Shown here: piece by piece, positions 32,901 to 42,401 of the stretch
Position numbering within the stretch: position 1 is the first letter of the stretch
Layout of the letters: each line of letters opens with the position of its first letter
Assembly: GCA_019828565.1 (NCBI GenBank)
Contig: JAHDYR010000038.1
Location: forward strand, 1 to 64,000
Direction of reading: 5' to 3'
DNA: 64,000 bases
From: Carpediemonas membranifera BICM
Taxonomy: Eukaryota > Protista > Fornicata
Position numbers and translations under genes: made by a program
The notes under the pieces: model-generated
What the model saw: the letters and a program-made list of their open reading frames with translations, nothing else
Database searches by the model: none
Told to the model about the DNA's origin: nothing

Positions 32901-33098
32901 AAGGCGCACAACCCAAATTCCACCAATACTGAGCAGGCTGAGTGGCAGGCCCGCCTGGATGTTGTTACAGCGTGTGGCGGTGCGACGTATGCTGCACAGA
33001 AGGGCGAAAGTGGGCCTTACATGCTGCGACTCGAGGAGGATGTCCGACGGGTGTGGGGCGAGACGGACCGGCTTCTGCGACTCCCTCAATGTGAATAA
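26952..33098 (+). CDS. AK9: Adenylate kinase 9-like protein (P-loop, several YHS-like motifs, acidic linkers); possible upstream exon from ATG 26747 via intron 26816-26855
   Basis: GPPQSGKTT, LDGFP, repeated CPV...G...Y.F...F...P motifs, and C-terminal GYLE...LWVKAHNP as in AK9. Confidence 0.8.
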   Translation: MNIWQNFWKTSSMPERLAIKQNRAFEHACDTLWKIISSEAIQPLSGTPLPRENVITALERITKAIWPAKTAIECKEIAISAWTDHMSAPIRKSGSAIMVREHFIEFVLDMCGLWLPDKPVEHYIKFMKGLSQSVAVVTINGTPFTPQDFQAQQADGAEVIPFEFIKTLQNYWEGKEADVTFALSEDPAHFDVVKNQLTPPPQTMPGPPTGTRVTPEPMEFNDMASMPTQCSGVDHDAELRRVVSTDLSDAPVTAVIIAPYFSATVQRAGEVLAGQLGRPLLTPDIVAAKLIAWFPAETHPKIAESGTLFRKEVEDEEEPEPEEEQEEQEDEPAEPVGPWDFARTDAPAPDLIQLRTILDEYVERRGGERGALSAAAHISAPDFSHMLTVFTAIAQAVRVADGFTAPLSETGVVLCGMPYSMPNAPAPGFVGRVSDIMDLRPAAVLSFMPETTAAVYTRDYQGALRPATGALHPDTAAVTAAYKDLVDAVKDAWQCPIVKVPMLAEPEAAAAMAVRAMPFEVQVGLRWARRATPAATLDPSEDGEEGDEAPTPASWDDQVRALVAPPLPPRPTDEADDDAEEEEADPIEGLDIGELEPPARPTLATWPTGGLSGWLEPTTLSEIGPLCPVATVRDGHAVCGSPQFAVLSLGRLWLCAGADEREAFVSSPKDTIRAALQWASKPDAITGPVLVLVPDDPHFRVTMATVLESTALDMHVEPVWPGSVEEATLALCSESPAFVMTTEPMLRAVVDLIDPKPEPQPDDAAESKEDEEAIEPEMQPEDEPEQDQPETEAEEIAEADQDAADEGEEKPEEEAEPEAEPEPQRHLQVQRVVLLNGELANKRMPVAPKPDPDDGDEAEEEDEEAEPTVAPRFSVSGETRALLRARCPQAPHVSLPLGLMWCEDWAAIAQKALDETADNDAEAAFEKRKAELEARVAEQQQAISALEAETKELASEKEGMLHPPEPEPAGEGDDEAAEGQEDSADADKSGGPEDVSAEADNPEPTEPQPVELTEEQQTRVAEIDARVAAIDEELPVVKAALEEVSAALSGLTAAQFRQPPYTLVTDDSRTTVPLDTVHAAVRKALSWWVAPTVEPVVAPPGVCGVFDPIHLEANRLIRGHADCHCLYRGRSYYFSSEPHRAAFRLDPDRFMSPAVPRSVVVHVADNDRAIPFLKDTLLHRVDVFGLGDDDTVFTALAAVEQSPVHAQLVLTPGLVRRTVEGMEEARLEKERAERKAAKEAARAAREEAGEEDEEEEEEDEEEEPEEYETVFERHQPALADAIRETLGRCGAHVIVTHQAPEPDEDTDMATSMLDFIRYVCIAQCASVIAHTYVPPSDPDEDEDEDEDRVMPTDPEATRAAVAAQTLDSRRTRLEPAYICTPDDAATLEHAIAVGSVALTRFGMVCPATFRQDGSTTAPCRLPSQPDGPGPTALELSGPSRAAVVHRSLAMFPTPENTARVAADPVAFAGRMPNALTTPSLCFEGRPMFAPASIDGLVPQNLGRTALCITGPPQSGKTTTAKSLAESAGLVYVALADIIRDFMDMPDDNALAAIIKTTLLDGQALSDDLVADVASWAIARAGDCVLDGFPATPAQLEALRARGLSLPVYYLEHTLPFLESSATADAQPHHVLPLPPLPRAQEEEEDEEEEAEEEDEEEEAEEDEDAPKPRIHVEDTTVTGANPAAGLVGMDGVISIAQQDSPWMAADTIRATLRQTNRARVAHLMAEADRPTPFTGTPEELRAMAAPSMPYCAVHLSGRWRLDADDGISLGSRISDLACGRYVTEEPDQDAIRLVDLGMDPARAIVFRGKAYAVSGTPAVRAFMVRPTLFTDAPEVVNRTSEAASLDAIDDTPQAVKRAADSAEVSLGGLCPVTLNPVSAARFVLGRPDAVAEYAGSKFMFVSDLARHTFMRSPWRFVNLPLPNPLPNPAMPHTVQGLTDRGYLEAEFAELLTEALAQLGEFQPVSVGSVSAESMAHLFLGLWVKAHNPNSTNTEQAEWQARLDVVTACGGATYAAQKGESGPYMLRLEEDVRRVWGETDRLLRLPQCE

Positions 33099-33165
33099 AG
33101 CAACAAATAATGGTATTAATATGAATAATTTACGTGTTACTTCGCTAATAAAATAAATGGAGGAA

Positions 33166-36100
33166 TCACGAGCTAAAGTTGAAGTCGCCGCTGCGGCTTC
33201 GTTTGAGCACAGATTCCATTCCTGTGTGGTCGTGGGGGAAGGGGGAGCTGACATGCTTGGGATCAAGCTTAGCAAGTGCCGTGTCGCGGTGACGCAGCTT
33301 CCGCTCGAGCACCTCGACCCGTTTCATCAGGTAATCAGTGTTGTCCGTCGAACCGCCAGCCCTTAGGCGCTTAACCTCACGCTCGGCAGCCACCTTCGCG
33401 CGAACATTGTCTGCATGATCTCGGTAGCTTAATACAACCACGTCAATAGCATCCCCGTCCGCAACACCACGAGCGCGCTCCTGTTGGCGGATTGTCTCAA
33501 CCTGCACAACCAACGACCTCAGCCACTTCTTTTGCCGCAACTGGGCATCCAACGCTCGGATCTGGGACGATGCGGCGGCTACATGACTGGCCGCATGTCC
33601 GCTGTGCTGGGCAGAGATCAGGGCCATGTTCTCATCCCTCAGCTGGGCGATCGTCGTCACGAGCTCCTCGCGGCCACTGGCCAGGAGCTCTTCGAGCTCC
33701 TCGACGTGGCTTGCCTGCCGTTCAACAATGCGCTCGAGCTCCTTGACCCTCTCTGTCTCAGCGGCGAGGTCCTTGGCCCGGGTCGCCTCGAGTTCAGTCA
33801 CGGCATTGAGCCTAGCTGTGAGGTCAGCGATGACCTCAGCACTCTCCTCGCCCTGGCGTTGATTAATCAAGCTCACAGCTTGAAGGTCTGCTGATATGGC
33901 CTCGAGATCGGCTACCTTCTGCACGACTTCGTTCTTGCGCGCCTCGAGCTCGCTCTTGAGGCCCTCGACCTCGCGGCGCAGGGCGTTGCGCTCCTGGTCG
34001 ACAAGCTCAGCGTCGTCCTCGCGCTGCAGGATCGTCTGCTCCAGGTCGAAGGTGCGGTCTTGGAACTGGCGCTTCAACTCGCGGACCTCTTCCTGAAGCT
34101 GCTTGCGTTCTTCCTCGAACTCGGCAGCCTTCGCGGCGGCAGTCTCCTGCATCCGGATGATCTGCGACTTGAGGTCGGCGATCTCACGCGTCTTCTCGGG
34201 CAGGGTCTTGCTCTCGAGGTTCTTGGCCTTGCCGCGCAGAGCCTCCATCTCGGTGACCTGCTCAGCGAGCGTCTCAGCGCGGGAGCTGACAGCCTCGCGC
34301 TGCTCTTCTGCTTCGCGCAGGCGGCGCTTCGTGTCGTCGATCTCGTCGCGGAGGTGCGCGATCACGTTCTCGTGCTCGGCCTGCTGCTGCTCGATGTTGG
34401 CCTGGGCGACGTGGAGGCTCGCCAGGAGGTCCGCGCTCTTCTCGCGCGTAGTCTCGTTCGCGGCGGCCTGGCGCTTGACCTCAGCCTGGCTCGCCTCGAG
34501 ATCGGCGACCTTCTGCACGACTTCGTTCTTGCGCGCCTCGAGCTCGCTCTTGAGGCCCTCGACCTCGCGGCGCAGGGCGTTGCGCTCCTGTGCGACAAGC
34601 TCAGCGTCGCCATCACGCTGCAGGATCGTCTGCTCCAGGTCGAAGGTGCGGTCTTGGAACTGGCACTTTAACTCGCGGACCTCTTCCTGAAGCTGCTTGC
34701 GTTCTTCCTCGAACTCGGCAGCCTTCGCGGCGGCAGTCTCCTGCATCCGGATGATCTGCGACTTGAGGTCGGCGATCTCACGCGTCTTCTCGGGCAGGGT
34801 CTTGCTCTCGAGGTTCTTGGCCTTGCCGCGCAGAGCCTCCATCTCGGTGACCTGCTCAGCGAGCGTCTCAGCGCGGGAGCTGACAGCCTCGCGCTGCTCT
34901 TCTGCTTCGCGCAGGCGGCGCTTCGTGTCGTCGATCTCGTCGCGGAGGTGCGCGATCACGTTCTCGTGCTCGGCCTGCTGCTGCTCGATGTTGGCCTGGG
35001 CGACGTGGAGGCTCGCCAGGAGGTCCGCGTTCTTCTCGCGCGTAGTCTCGTTCGCGGCGGCCTGGCGCTTGACCTCAGCCTGGCTCGCCTCGAGATCGGC
35101 GACCTTCTGCACGACTTCGTTCTTGCGCGCCTCGAGCTCGCTCTTGAGGCCCTCGACCTCGCGGCGCAGGGCGTTGCGCTCCTGGTCGACAAGCTCAGCG
35201 TCGTCCTCGCGCTGCAGGATCGTCTGCTCCAGGTCGAAGGTGCGGTCTTGGAACTGGCGCTTCAACTCGCGGACCTCTTCCTGAAGCTGCTTGCGTTCTT
35301 CCTCGAACTCGGCAGCCTTCGCGGCGGCAGTCTCCTGCATCCGGATGATCTGCGACTTGAGGTCGGCGATCTCACGCGTCTTCTCGGGCAGGGTCTTGCT
35401 CTCGAGGTTCTTGGCCTTGCCGCGCAGAGCCTCCATCTCGGTGACCTGCTCAGCGAGCGTCTCAGCGCGGGAGCTGACGGCCTCGCGCTGCTCTTCTGCT
35501 TCGCGCAGGCGGCGCTTCGTGTCGTCGATCTCGTCGCGGAGGTGCGCGATCACGTCCTCGTGCTCGGCCTGCTGCTGCTCGATGTTGGCCTGGGCGACGT
35601 GGAGGCTCGCCAGGAGGTCCGCGTTCTTCTCGCGCGTAGTCTCGTTCGCGGCGGCCTGGCGCTTGACCTCAGCCTGGCTCGCCTCGAGATCGGCGACCTT
35701 CTGCACGACTTCGTTCTTGCGCGCCTCGAGCTCGCTCTTGAGGCCCTCGACCTCGCGGCGCAGGGCGTTGCGCTCCTGGTCGACAAGCTCAGCGTCGTCC
35801 TCGCGCTGCAGGATCGTCTGCTCCAGGTCGAAGGTGCGGTCTTGGAACTGGCGCTTCAACTCGCGGACCTCTTCCTGAAGCTGCTTGCGTTCTTCCTCGA
35901 ACTCGGCAGCCTTCGCGGCGGCAGTCTCCTGCATCCGGATGATCTGCGACTTGAGGTCGGCGATCTCACGCGTCTTCTCGGGCAGGGTCTTGCTCTCGAG
36001 GTTCTTGGCCTTGCCGCGCAGAGCCTCCATCTCGGTGACCTGCTCAGCGAGCGTCTCAGCGCGGGAGCTGACAGCCTCGCGCTGCTCTTCTGCTTCGCGC

Positions 36101-39100
36101 AGGCGGCGCTTCGTGTCGTCGATCTCGTCGCGGAGGTGCGCGATCACGTCCTCGTGCTCGGCCTGCTGCTGCTCGATGTTGGCCTGGGCGACGTGGAGGC
36201 TCGCCAGGAGGTCCGCGTTCTTCTCGCGCGTAGTCTCGTTCGCGGCGGCCTGGCGCTTGACCTCAGCCTGGCTCGCCTCGAGATCGGCGACCTTCTGCAC
36301 GACTTCGTTCTTGCGCGCCTCGAGCTCGCTCTTGAGGCCCTCGACCTCGCGGCGCAGGGCGTTGCGCTCCTGGTCGACAAGCTCAGCGTCGTCCTCGCGC
36401 TGCAGGATCGTCTGCTCCAGGTCGAAGGTGCGGTCTTGGAACTGGCGCTTCAACTCGCGGACCTCTTCCTGAAGCTGCTTGCGTTCTTCCTCGAACTCGG
36501 CAGCCTTCGCGGCGGCAGTCTCCTGCATCCGGATGATCTGCGACTTGAGGTCGGCGATCTCACGCGTCTTCTCGGGCAGGGTCTTGCTCTCGAGGTTCTT
36601 GGCCTTGCCGCGCAGAGCCTCCATCTCGGTGACCTGCTCAGCGAGCGTCTCAGCGCGGGAGCTGACGGCCTCGCGCTGCTCTTCTGCTTCGCGCAGGCGG
36701 CGCTTCGTGTCGTCGATCTCGTCGCGGAGGTGCGCGATCACGTCCTCGTGCTCGGCCTGCTGCTGCTCGATGTTGGCCTGGGCGACGTGGAGGCTCGCCA
36801 GGAGGTCCGCGTTCTTCTCGCGCGTAGTCTCGTTCGCGGCGGCCTGGCGCTTGACCTCAGCCTGGCTCGCCTCGAGATCGGCGACCTTCTGCACGACTTC
36901 GTTCTTGCGCGCCTCGAGCTCGCTCTTGAGGCCCTCGACCTCGCGGCGCAGGGCGTTGCGCTCCTGGTCGACAAGCTCAGCGTCGTCCTCGCGCTGCAGG
37001 ATCGTCTGCTCCAGGTCGAAGGTGCGGTCTTGGAACTGGCGCTTCAACTCGCGGACCTCTTCCTGAAGCTGCTTGCGTTCTTCCTCGAACTCGGCAGCCT
37101 TCGCGGCGGCAGTCTCCTGCATCCGGATGATCTGCGACTTGAGGTCGGCGATCTCACGCGTCTTCTCGGGCAGGGTCTTGCTCTCGAGGTTCTTGGCCTT
37201 GCCGCGCAGAGCCTCCATCTCGGTGACCTGCTCAGCGAGCGTCTCAGCGCGGGAGCTGACAGCCTCGCGCTGCTCTTCTGCTTCGCGCAGGCGGCGCTTC
37301 GTGTCGTCGATCTCGTCGCGGAGGTGCGCGATCACGTTCTCGTGCTCGGCCTGCTGCTGCTCGATGTTGGCCTGGGCGACGTGGAGGCTCGCCAGGAGGT
37401 CCGCGTTCTTCTCGCGCGTAGTCTCGTTCGCGGCGGCCTGGCGCTTGACCTCAGCCTGGCTCGCCTCGAGATCGGCGACCTTCTGCACGACTTCGTTCTT
37501 GCGCGCCTCGAGCTCGCCCTTGAGGCCCTCGACCTCGCGGCGCAGGGCGTTGCGCTCCTGGTCGACAAGCTCAGCGTCGTCCTCGCGCTGCAGGATCGTC
37601 TGCTCCAGGTCGAAGGTGCAGTCTTGGAACTGGCGCTTCAACTCGCGGACCTCTTCCTGAAGCTGCTTGCGTTCTTCCTCGAACTCGGCAGCCTTCGCGG
37701 CGGCAGTCTCCTGCATCCGGATGATCTGCGACTTGAGGTCGGCGATCTCACGCGTCTTCTCGGGCAGGGTCTTGCTCTCGAGGTTCTTGGCCTTGCCGCG
37801 CAGAGCCTCCATCTCGGTGACCTGCTCAGCGAGCGTCTCAGCGCGGGAGCTGACGGCCTCGCGCTGCTCTTCTGCTTCGCGCAGGCGGCGCTTCGTGTCG
37901 TCGATCTCGTCGCGGAGGTGCGCGATCACGTCCTCGTGCTCGGCCTGCTGCTGCTCGATGTTGGCCTGGGCGACGTGGAGGCTCGCCAGGAGGTCCGCGT
38001 TCTTCTCGCGCGTAGTCTCGTTCGCGGCGGCCTGGCGCTTGACCTCAGCCTGGCTCGCCTCGAGATCGGCGACCTTCTGCACGACTTCGTTCTTGCGCGC
38101 CTCGAGCTCGCTCTTGAGGCCCTCGACCTCGCGGCGCAGGGCGTTGCGCTCCTGGTCGACAAGCTCAGCGTCGTCCTCGCGCTGCAGGATCGTCTGCTCC
38201 AGGTCGAAGGTGCGGTCTTGGAACTGGCGCTTCAACTCGCGGACCTCTTCCTGAAGCTGCTTGCGTTCTTCCTCGAACTCGGCAGCCTTCGCGGCGGCAG
38301 TCTCCTGCATCCGGATGATCTGCGACTTGAGGTCGGCGATCTCACGCGTCTTCTCGGGCAGGGTCTTGCTCTCGAGGTTCTTGGCCTTGCCGCGCAGAGC
38401 CTCCATCTCGGTGACCTGCTCAGCGAGCGTCTCAGCGCGGGAGCTGACAGCCTCGCGCTGCTCTTCTGCTTCGCGCAGGCGGCGCTTCGTGTCGTCGATC
38501 TCGTCGCGGAGGTGCGCGATCACGTCCTCGTGCTCGGCCTGCTGCTGCTCGATGTTGGCCTGGGCGACGTGGAGGCTCGCCAGGAGGTCCGCGTTCTTCT
38601 CGCGCGTAGTCTCGTTCGCGGCGGCCTGGCGCTTGACCTCAGCCTGGCTCGCCTCGAGATCGGCGACCTTCTGCACGACTTCGTTCTTGCGCGCCTCGAG
38701 CTCGCTCTTGAGGCCCTCGACCTCGCGGCGCAGGGCGTTGCGCTCCTGGTCGACAAGCTCAGCGTCGTCCTCGCGCTGCAGGATCGTCTGCTCCAGGTCG
38801 AAGGTGCAGTCTTGGAACTGGCGCTTCAACTCGCGGACCTCTTCCTGAAGCTGCTTGCGTTCTTCCTCGAACTCGGCAGCCTTCGCGGCGGCAGTCTCCT
38901 GCATCCGGATGATCTGCGACTTGAGGTCGGCGATCTCACGCGTCTTCTCGGGCAGGGTCTTGCTCTCGAGGTTCTTGGCCTTGCCGCGCAGAGCCTCCAT
39001 CTCGGTGACCTGCTCAGCGAGCGTCTCAGCGCGGGAGCTGACAGCCTCGCGCTGCTCTTCTGCTTCGCGCAGGCGGCGCTTCGTGTCGTCGATCTCGTCG

Positions 39101-42100
39101 CGGAGGTGCGCGATCACGTCCTCGTGCTCGGCCTGCTGCTGCTCGATGTTGGCCTGGGCGACGTGGAGGCTCGCCAGGAGGTCCGCGTTCTTCTCGCGCG
39201 TAGTCTCGTTCGCGGCGGCCTGGCGCTTGACCTCAGCCTGGCTCGCCTCGAGATCGGCGACCTTCTGCACGACTTCGTTCTTGCGCGCCTCGAGCTCGCT
39301 CTTGAGGCCCTCGACCTCGCGGCGCAGGGCGTTGCGCTCCTGTGCGACAAGCTCAGCGTCGCCATCACGCTGCAGGATCGTCTGCTCCAGGTCGAAGGTG
39401 CGGTCTTGGAACTGGCACTTTAACTCGCGAACCTCTTCCTGAAGCTGCTTGCGTTCTTCATCGAACTCGGCAGCCTTCGCGGCGGCAGTTTCCTGTATCT
39501 CGATGATCTGCGACTTGAGGTCGGCGATCTCACGCGTCTTCTCGGGCAGGGTCTTGCTCTCGAGGTTCTTGGCCTTGCCGCGCAGAGCCTCCATCTCGGT
39601 GACCTGCTCAGCGAGCGTCTCAGCGCGGGAGCTGACGGCCTCGCGCTGCTCTTCTGCTTCGCGCAGGCGGCGCTTCGTGTCGTCGATCTCGTCGCGGAGG
39701 TGCGCGATCACGTCCTCGTGCTCGGCCTGCTGCTGCTCGATGTTGGCCTGGGCGACGTGGAGGCTCGCCAGGAGGTCCGCGTTCTTCTCGCGCGTAGTCT
39801 CGTTCGCGGCGGCCTGGCGCTTGACCTCAGCCTGGCTCGCCTCGAGATCGGCGACCTTCTGCACGACTTCGTTCTTGCGCGCCTCGAGCTCGCTCTTGAG
39901 GCCCTCGACCTCGCGGCGCAGGGCGTTGCGCTCCTGGTCGACAAGCTCAGCGTCGTCCTCGCGCTGCAGGATCGTCTGCTCCAGGTCGAAGGTGCGGTCT
40001 TGGAACTGGCGCTTCAACTCGCGGACCTCTTCCTGAAGCTGCTTGCGTTCTTCCTCGAACTCGGCAGCCTTCGCGGCGGCAGTCTCCTGCATCCGGATGA
40101 TCTGCGACTTGAGGTCGGCGATCTCACGCGTCTTCTCGGGCAGGGTCTTGCTCTCGAGGTTCTTGGCCTTGCCGCGCAGAGCCTCCATCTCGGTGACCTG
40201 CTCAGCGAGCGTCTCAGCGCGGGAGCTGACAGCCTCGCGCTGCTCTTCTGCTTCGCGCAGGCGGCGCTTCGTGTCGTCGATCTCGTCGCGGAGGTGCGCG
40301 ATCACGTCCTCGTGCTCGGCCTGCTGCTGCTCGATGTTGGCCTGGGCGACGTGGAGGCTCGCCAGGAGGTCCGCGTTCTTCTCGCGCGTAGTCTCGTTTG
40401 CGGCGGCCTGGCGCTTGACCTCAGCCTGGCTCGCCTCGAGATCGGCGACCTTCTGCACGACTTCGTTCTTGCGCGCCTCGAGCTCGCTCTTGAGGCCCTC
40501 GACCTCGCGGCGCAGGGCGTTGCGCTCCTGGTCGACAAGCTCAGCGTCGTCCTCGCGCTGCAGGATCGTCTGCTCCAGGTCGAAGGTGCGGTCTTGGAAC
40601 TGGCGCTTCAACTCGCGGACCTCTTCCTGAAGCTGCTTGCGTTCTTCCTCGAACTCGGCAGCCTTCGCGGCGGCAGTCTCCTGCATCCGGATGATCTGCG
40701 ACTTGAGGTCGGCGATCTCACGCGTCTTCTCGGGCAGGGTCTTGCTCTCGAGGTTCTTGGCCTTGCCGCGCAGAGCCTCCATCTCGGTGACCTGCTCAGC
40801 GAGCGTCTCAGCGCGGGAGCTGACAGCCTCGCGCTGCTCTTCTGCTTCGCGCAGGCGGCGCTTCGTGTCGTCGATCTCGTCGCGGAGGTGCGCGATCACG
40901 TCCTCGTGCTCGGCCTGCTGCTGCTCGATGTTGGCCTGGGCGACGTGGAGGCTCGCCAGGAGGTCCGCGTTCTTCTCGCGCGTAGTCTCGTTCGCGGCGG
41001 CCTGGCGCTTGACCTCAGCCTGGCTCGCCTCGAGATCGGCGACCTTCTGCACGACTTCGTTCTTGCGCGCCTCGAGCTCGCTCTTGAGGCCCTCGACCTC
41101 GCGGCGCAGGGCGTTGCGCTCCTGGTCGACAAGCTCAGCGTCGTCCTCGCGCTGCAGGATCGTCTGCTCCAGGTCGAAGGTGCGGTCTTGGAACTGGCGC
41201 TTCAACTCGCGGACCTCTTCCTGAAGCTGCTTGCGTTCTTCCTCGAACTCGGCAGCCTTCGCGGCGGCAGTCTCCTGCATCCGGATGATCTGCGACTTGA
41301 GGTCGGCGATCTCACGCGTCTTCTCGGGCAGGGTCTTGCTCTCGGGGTTCTTGGCCTTGCCGCGCAGAGCCTCCATCTCGGTGACCTGCTCAGCGAGCGT
41401 CTCAGCGCGGGAGCTGACAGCCTCGCGCTGCTCTTCTGCTTCGCGCAGGCGGCGCTTCGTGTCGTCGATCTCGTCGCGGAGGTGCGCGATCACGTCCTCG
41501 TGCTCGGCCTGCTGCTGCTCGATGTTGGCCTGGGCGACGTGGAGGCTCGCCAGGAGGTCCGCGTTCTTCTCGCGCGTAGTCTCGTTCGCGGCGGCCTGGC
41601 GCTTGACCTCAGCCTGGCTCGCCTCGAGATCGGCGACCTTCTGCACGACTTCGTTCTTGCGCGCCTCGAGCTCGCCCTTGAGGCCCTCGACCTCGCGGCG
41701 CAGGGCGTTGCGCTCCTGGTCGACAATCCCGTCTCGGCCCGACTTTTCTGCACGGGTGCTCTCAAGTCGCCGCTTCAACTCACGGATTTCCCCCTCGCGT
41801 TCGGCCAAAATCTTCTCATTTGACCGAGAAGCTGTCTTGAGATCAGCGATTTCACGTCTAAGATCCTCGTTCAGGTCCAGTGTCTTGACGAGCTCTTCGC
41901 CATAGAGCTTCGTCGTCAGGCCTCGGTGCTGGTCCCGCTCATGTTTCATGTCCTTCAATTGACGCTGTAGCACTGAAATCTTGGCAGTGGTGTGGGTGTC
42001 GGCAGACTCTGTGATGTCTGGCGATGGCGCACTTCCGTCAGTCATCAGTCCCACCTCCACAGTCGCTGGCCGGTCCTGGTCGCCGAGATTCAACCGATAG

Positions 42101-42300
42101 TAATCTAGTTCAGTCTTGAGAGTTGCATTCTCCTCGGACAGGGTTCTGTTCTGTGCGGAGATCTTCTTCAGGAGCTCATGGTCTGTTTCGAACCTCCGGT
42201 TCAGCTTAGCGTACTCCCCATTGGCAATTGACAACCGCTTCCTTGTTTTTTCCAGCTGCTGCCGCAAATTCGGGGTCTCTGTGGACCCGTTGCGGCTCAT
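33166..42300 (-). CDS. Giant coiled-coil protein (3044 aa) with ~13 near-identical 198-aa repeats
   Basis: Uninterrupted E/A/R/K/L/Q-rich ORF with unique N- and C-termini. Confidence 0.85.
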   Translation of the reverse strand: MSRNGSTETPNLRQQLEKTRKRLSIANGEYAKLNRRFETDHELLKKISAQNRTLSEENATLKTELDYYRLNLGDQDRPATVEVGLMTDGSAPSPDITESADTHTTAKISVLQRQLKDMKHERDQHRGLTTKLYGEELVKTLDLNEDLRREIADLKTASRSNEKILAEREGEIRELKRRLESTRAEKSGRDGIVDQERNALRREVEGLKGELEARKNEVVQKVADLEASQAEVKRQAAANETTREKNADLLASLHVAQANIEQQQAEHEDVIAHLRDEIDDTKRRLREAEEQREAVSSRAETLAEQVTEMEALRGKAKNPESKTLPEKTREIADLKSQIIRMQETAAAKAAEFEEERKQLQEEVRELKRQFQDRTFDLEQTILQREDDAELVDQERNALRREVEGLKSELEARKNEVVQKVADLEASQAEVKRQAAANETTREKNADLLASLHVAQANIEQQQAEHEDVIAHLRDEIDDTKRRLREAEEQREAVSSRAETLAEQVTEMEALRGKAKNLESKTLPEKTREIADLKSQIIRMQETAAAKAAEFEEERKQLQEEVRELKRQFQDRTFDLEQTILQREDDAELVDQERNALRREVEGLKSELEARKNEVVQKVADLEASQAEVKRQAAANETTREKNADLLASLHVAQANIEQQQAEHEDVIAHLRDEIDDTKRRLREAEEQREAVSSRAETLAEQVTEMEALRGKAKNLESKTLPEKTREIADLKSQIIRMQETAAAKAAEFEEERKQLQEEVRELKRQFQDRTFDLEQTILQREDDAELVDQERNALRREVEGLKSELEARKNEVVQKVADLEASQAEVKRQAAANETTREKNADLLASLHVAQANIEQQQAEHEDVIAHLRDEIDDTKRRLREAEEQREAVSSRAETLAEQVTEMEALRGKAKNLESKTLPEKTREIADLKSQIIEIQETAAAKAAEFDEERKQLQEEVRELKCQFQDRTFDLEQTILQRDGDAELVAQERNALRREVEGLKSELEARKNEVVQKVADLEASQAEVKRQAAANETTREKNADLLASLHVAQANIEQQQAEHEDVIAHLRDEIDDTKRRLREAEEQREAVSSRAETLAEQVTEMEALRGKAKNLESKTLPEKTREIADLKSQIIRMQETAAAKAAEFEEERKQLQEEVRELKRQFQDCTFDLEQTILQREDDAELVDQERNALRREVEGLKSELEARKNEVVQKVADLEASQAEVKRQAAANETTREKNADLLASLHVAQANIEQQQAEHEDVIAHLRDEIDDTKRRLREAEEQREAVSSRAETLAEQVTEMEALRGKAKNLESKTLPEKTREIADLKSQIIRMQETAAAKAAEFEEERKQLQEEVRELKRQFQDRTFDLEQTILQREDDAELVDQERNALRREVEGLKSELEARKNEVVQKVADLEASQAEVKRQAAANETTREKNADLLASLHVAQANIEQQQAEHEDVIAHLRDEIDDTKRRLREAEEQREAVSSRAETLAEQVTEMEALRGKAKNLESKTLPEKTREIADLKSQIIRMQETAAAKAAEFEEERKQLQEEVRELKRQFQDCTFDLEQTILQREDDAELVDQERNALRREVEGLKGELEARKNEVVQKVADLEASQAEVKRQAAANETTREKNADLLASLHVAQANIEQQQAEHENVIAHLRDEIDDTKRRLREAEEQREAVSSRAETLAEQVTEMEALRGKAKNLESKTLPEKTREIADLKSQIIRMQETAAAKAAEFEEERKQLQEEVRELKRQFQDRTFDLEQTILQREDDAELVDQERNALRREVEGLKSELEARKNEVVQKVADLEASQAEVKRQAAANETTREKNADLLASLHVAQANIEQQQAEHEDVIAHLRDEIDDTKRRLREAEEQREAVSSRAETLAEQVTEMEALRGKAKNLESKTLPEKTREIADLKSQIIRMQETAAAKAAEFEEERKQLQEEVRELKRQFQDRTFDLEQTILQREDDAELVDQERNALRREVEGLKSELEARKNEVVQKVADLEASQAEVKRQAAANETTREKNADLLASLHVAQANIEQQQAEHEDVIAHLRDEIDDTKRRLREAEEQREAVSSRAETLAEQVTEMEALRGKAKNLESKTLPEKTREIADLKSQIIRMQETAAAKAAEFEEERKQLQEEVRELKRQFQDRTFDLEQTILQREDDAELVDQERNALRREVEGLKSELEARKNEVVQKVADLEASQAEVKRQAAANETTREKNADLLASLHVAQANIEQQQAEHEDVIAHLRDEIDDTKRRLREAEEQREAVSSRAETLAEQVTEMEALRGKAKNLESKTLPEKTREIADLKSQIIRMQETAAAKAAEFEEERKQLQEEVRELKRQFQDRTFDLEQTILQREDDAELVDQERNALRREVEGLKSELEARKNEVVQKVADLEASQAEVKRQAAANETTREKNADLLASLHVAQANIEQQQAEHENVIAHLRDEIDDTKRRLREAEEQREAVSSRAETLAEQVTEMEALRGKAKNLESKTLPEKTREIADLKSQIIRMQETAAAKAAEFEEERKQLQEEVRELKCQFQDRTFDLEQTILQRDGDAELVAQERNALRREVEGLKSELEARKNEVVQKVADLEASQAEVKRQAAANETTREKSADLLASLHVAQANIEQQQAEHENVIAHLRDEIDDTKRRLREAEEQREAVSSRAETLAEQVTEMEALRGKAKNLESKTLPEKTREIADLKSQIIRMQETAAAKAAEFEEERKQLQEEVRELKRQFQDRTFDLEQTILQREDDAELVDQERNALRREVEGLKSELEARKNEVVQKVADLEAISADLQAVSLINQRQGEESAEVIADLTARLNAVTELEATRAKDLAAETERVKELERIVERQASHVEELEELLASGREELVTTIAQLRDENMALISAQHSGHAASHVAAASSQIRALDAQLRQKKWLRSLVVQVETIRQQERARGVADGDAIDVVVLSYRDHADNVRAKVAAEREVKRLRAGGSTDNTDYLMKRVEVLERKLRHRDTALAKLDPKHVSSPFPHDHTGMESVLKRSRSGDFNFSS
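33898..41726. repeat. Coding tandem repeat, 594-bp unit x ~13.2
   Basis: Shadow ORFs recur every 594 bp from 34103 to 41231. Confidence 0.97.
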
Positions 42301-42401
42301 GGCGTCAAGTGTCGTGGTGCACTTTTAGAAATTCTGCGGCGACAAAGGCATACTACGCGCCATGCAGACAGCAGAGACGCATGGGACTCTATTTATCACA
42401 C

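Noticed and set aside
34948-41823. Long antisense ORFs (1491 aa, 707 aa) and the 195-aa series
   Set aside because: Shadow frames of the GC3-rich coiled-coil repeat; one stop-free unit is simply multiplied.
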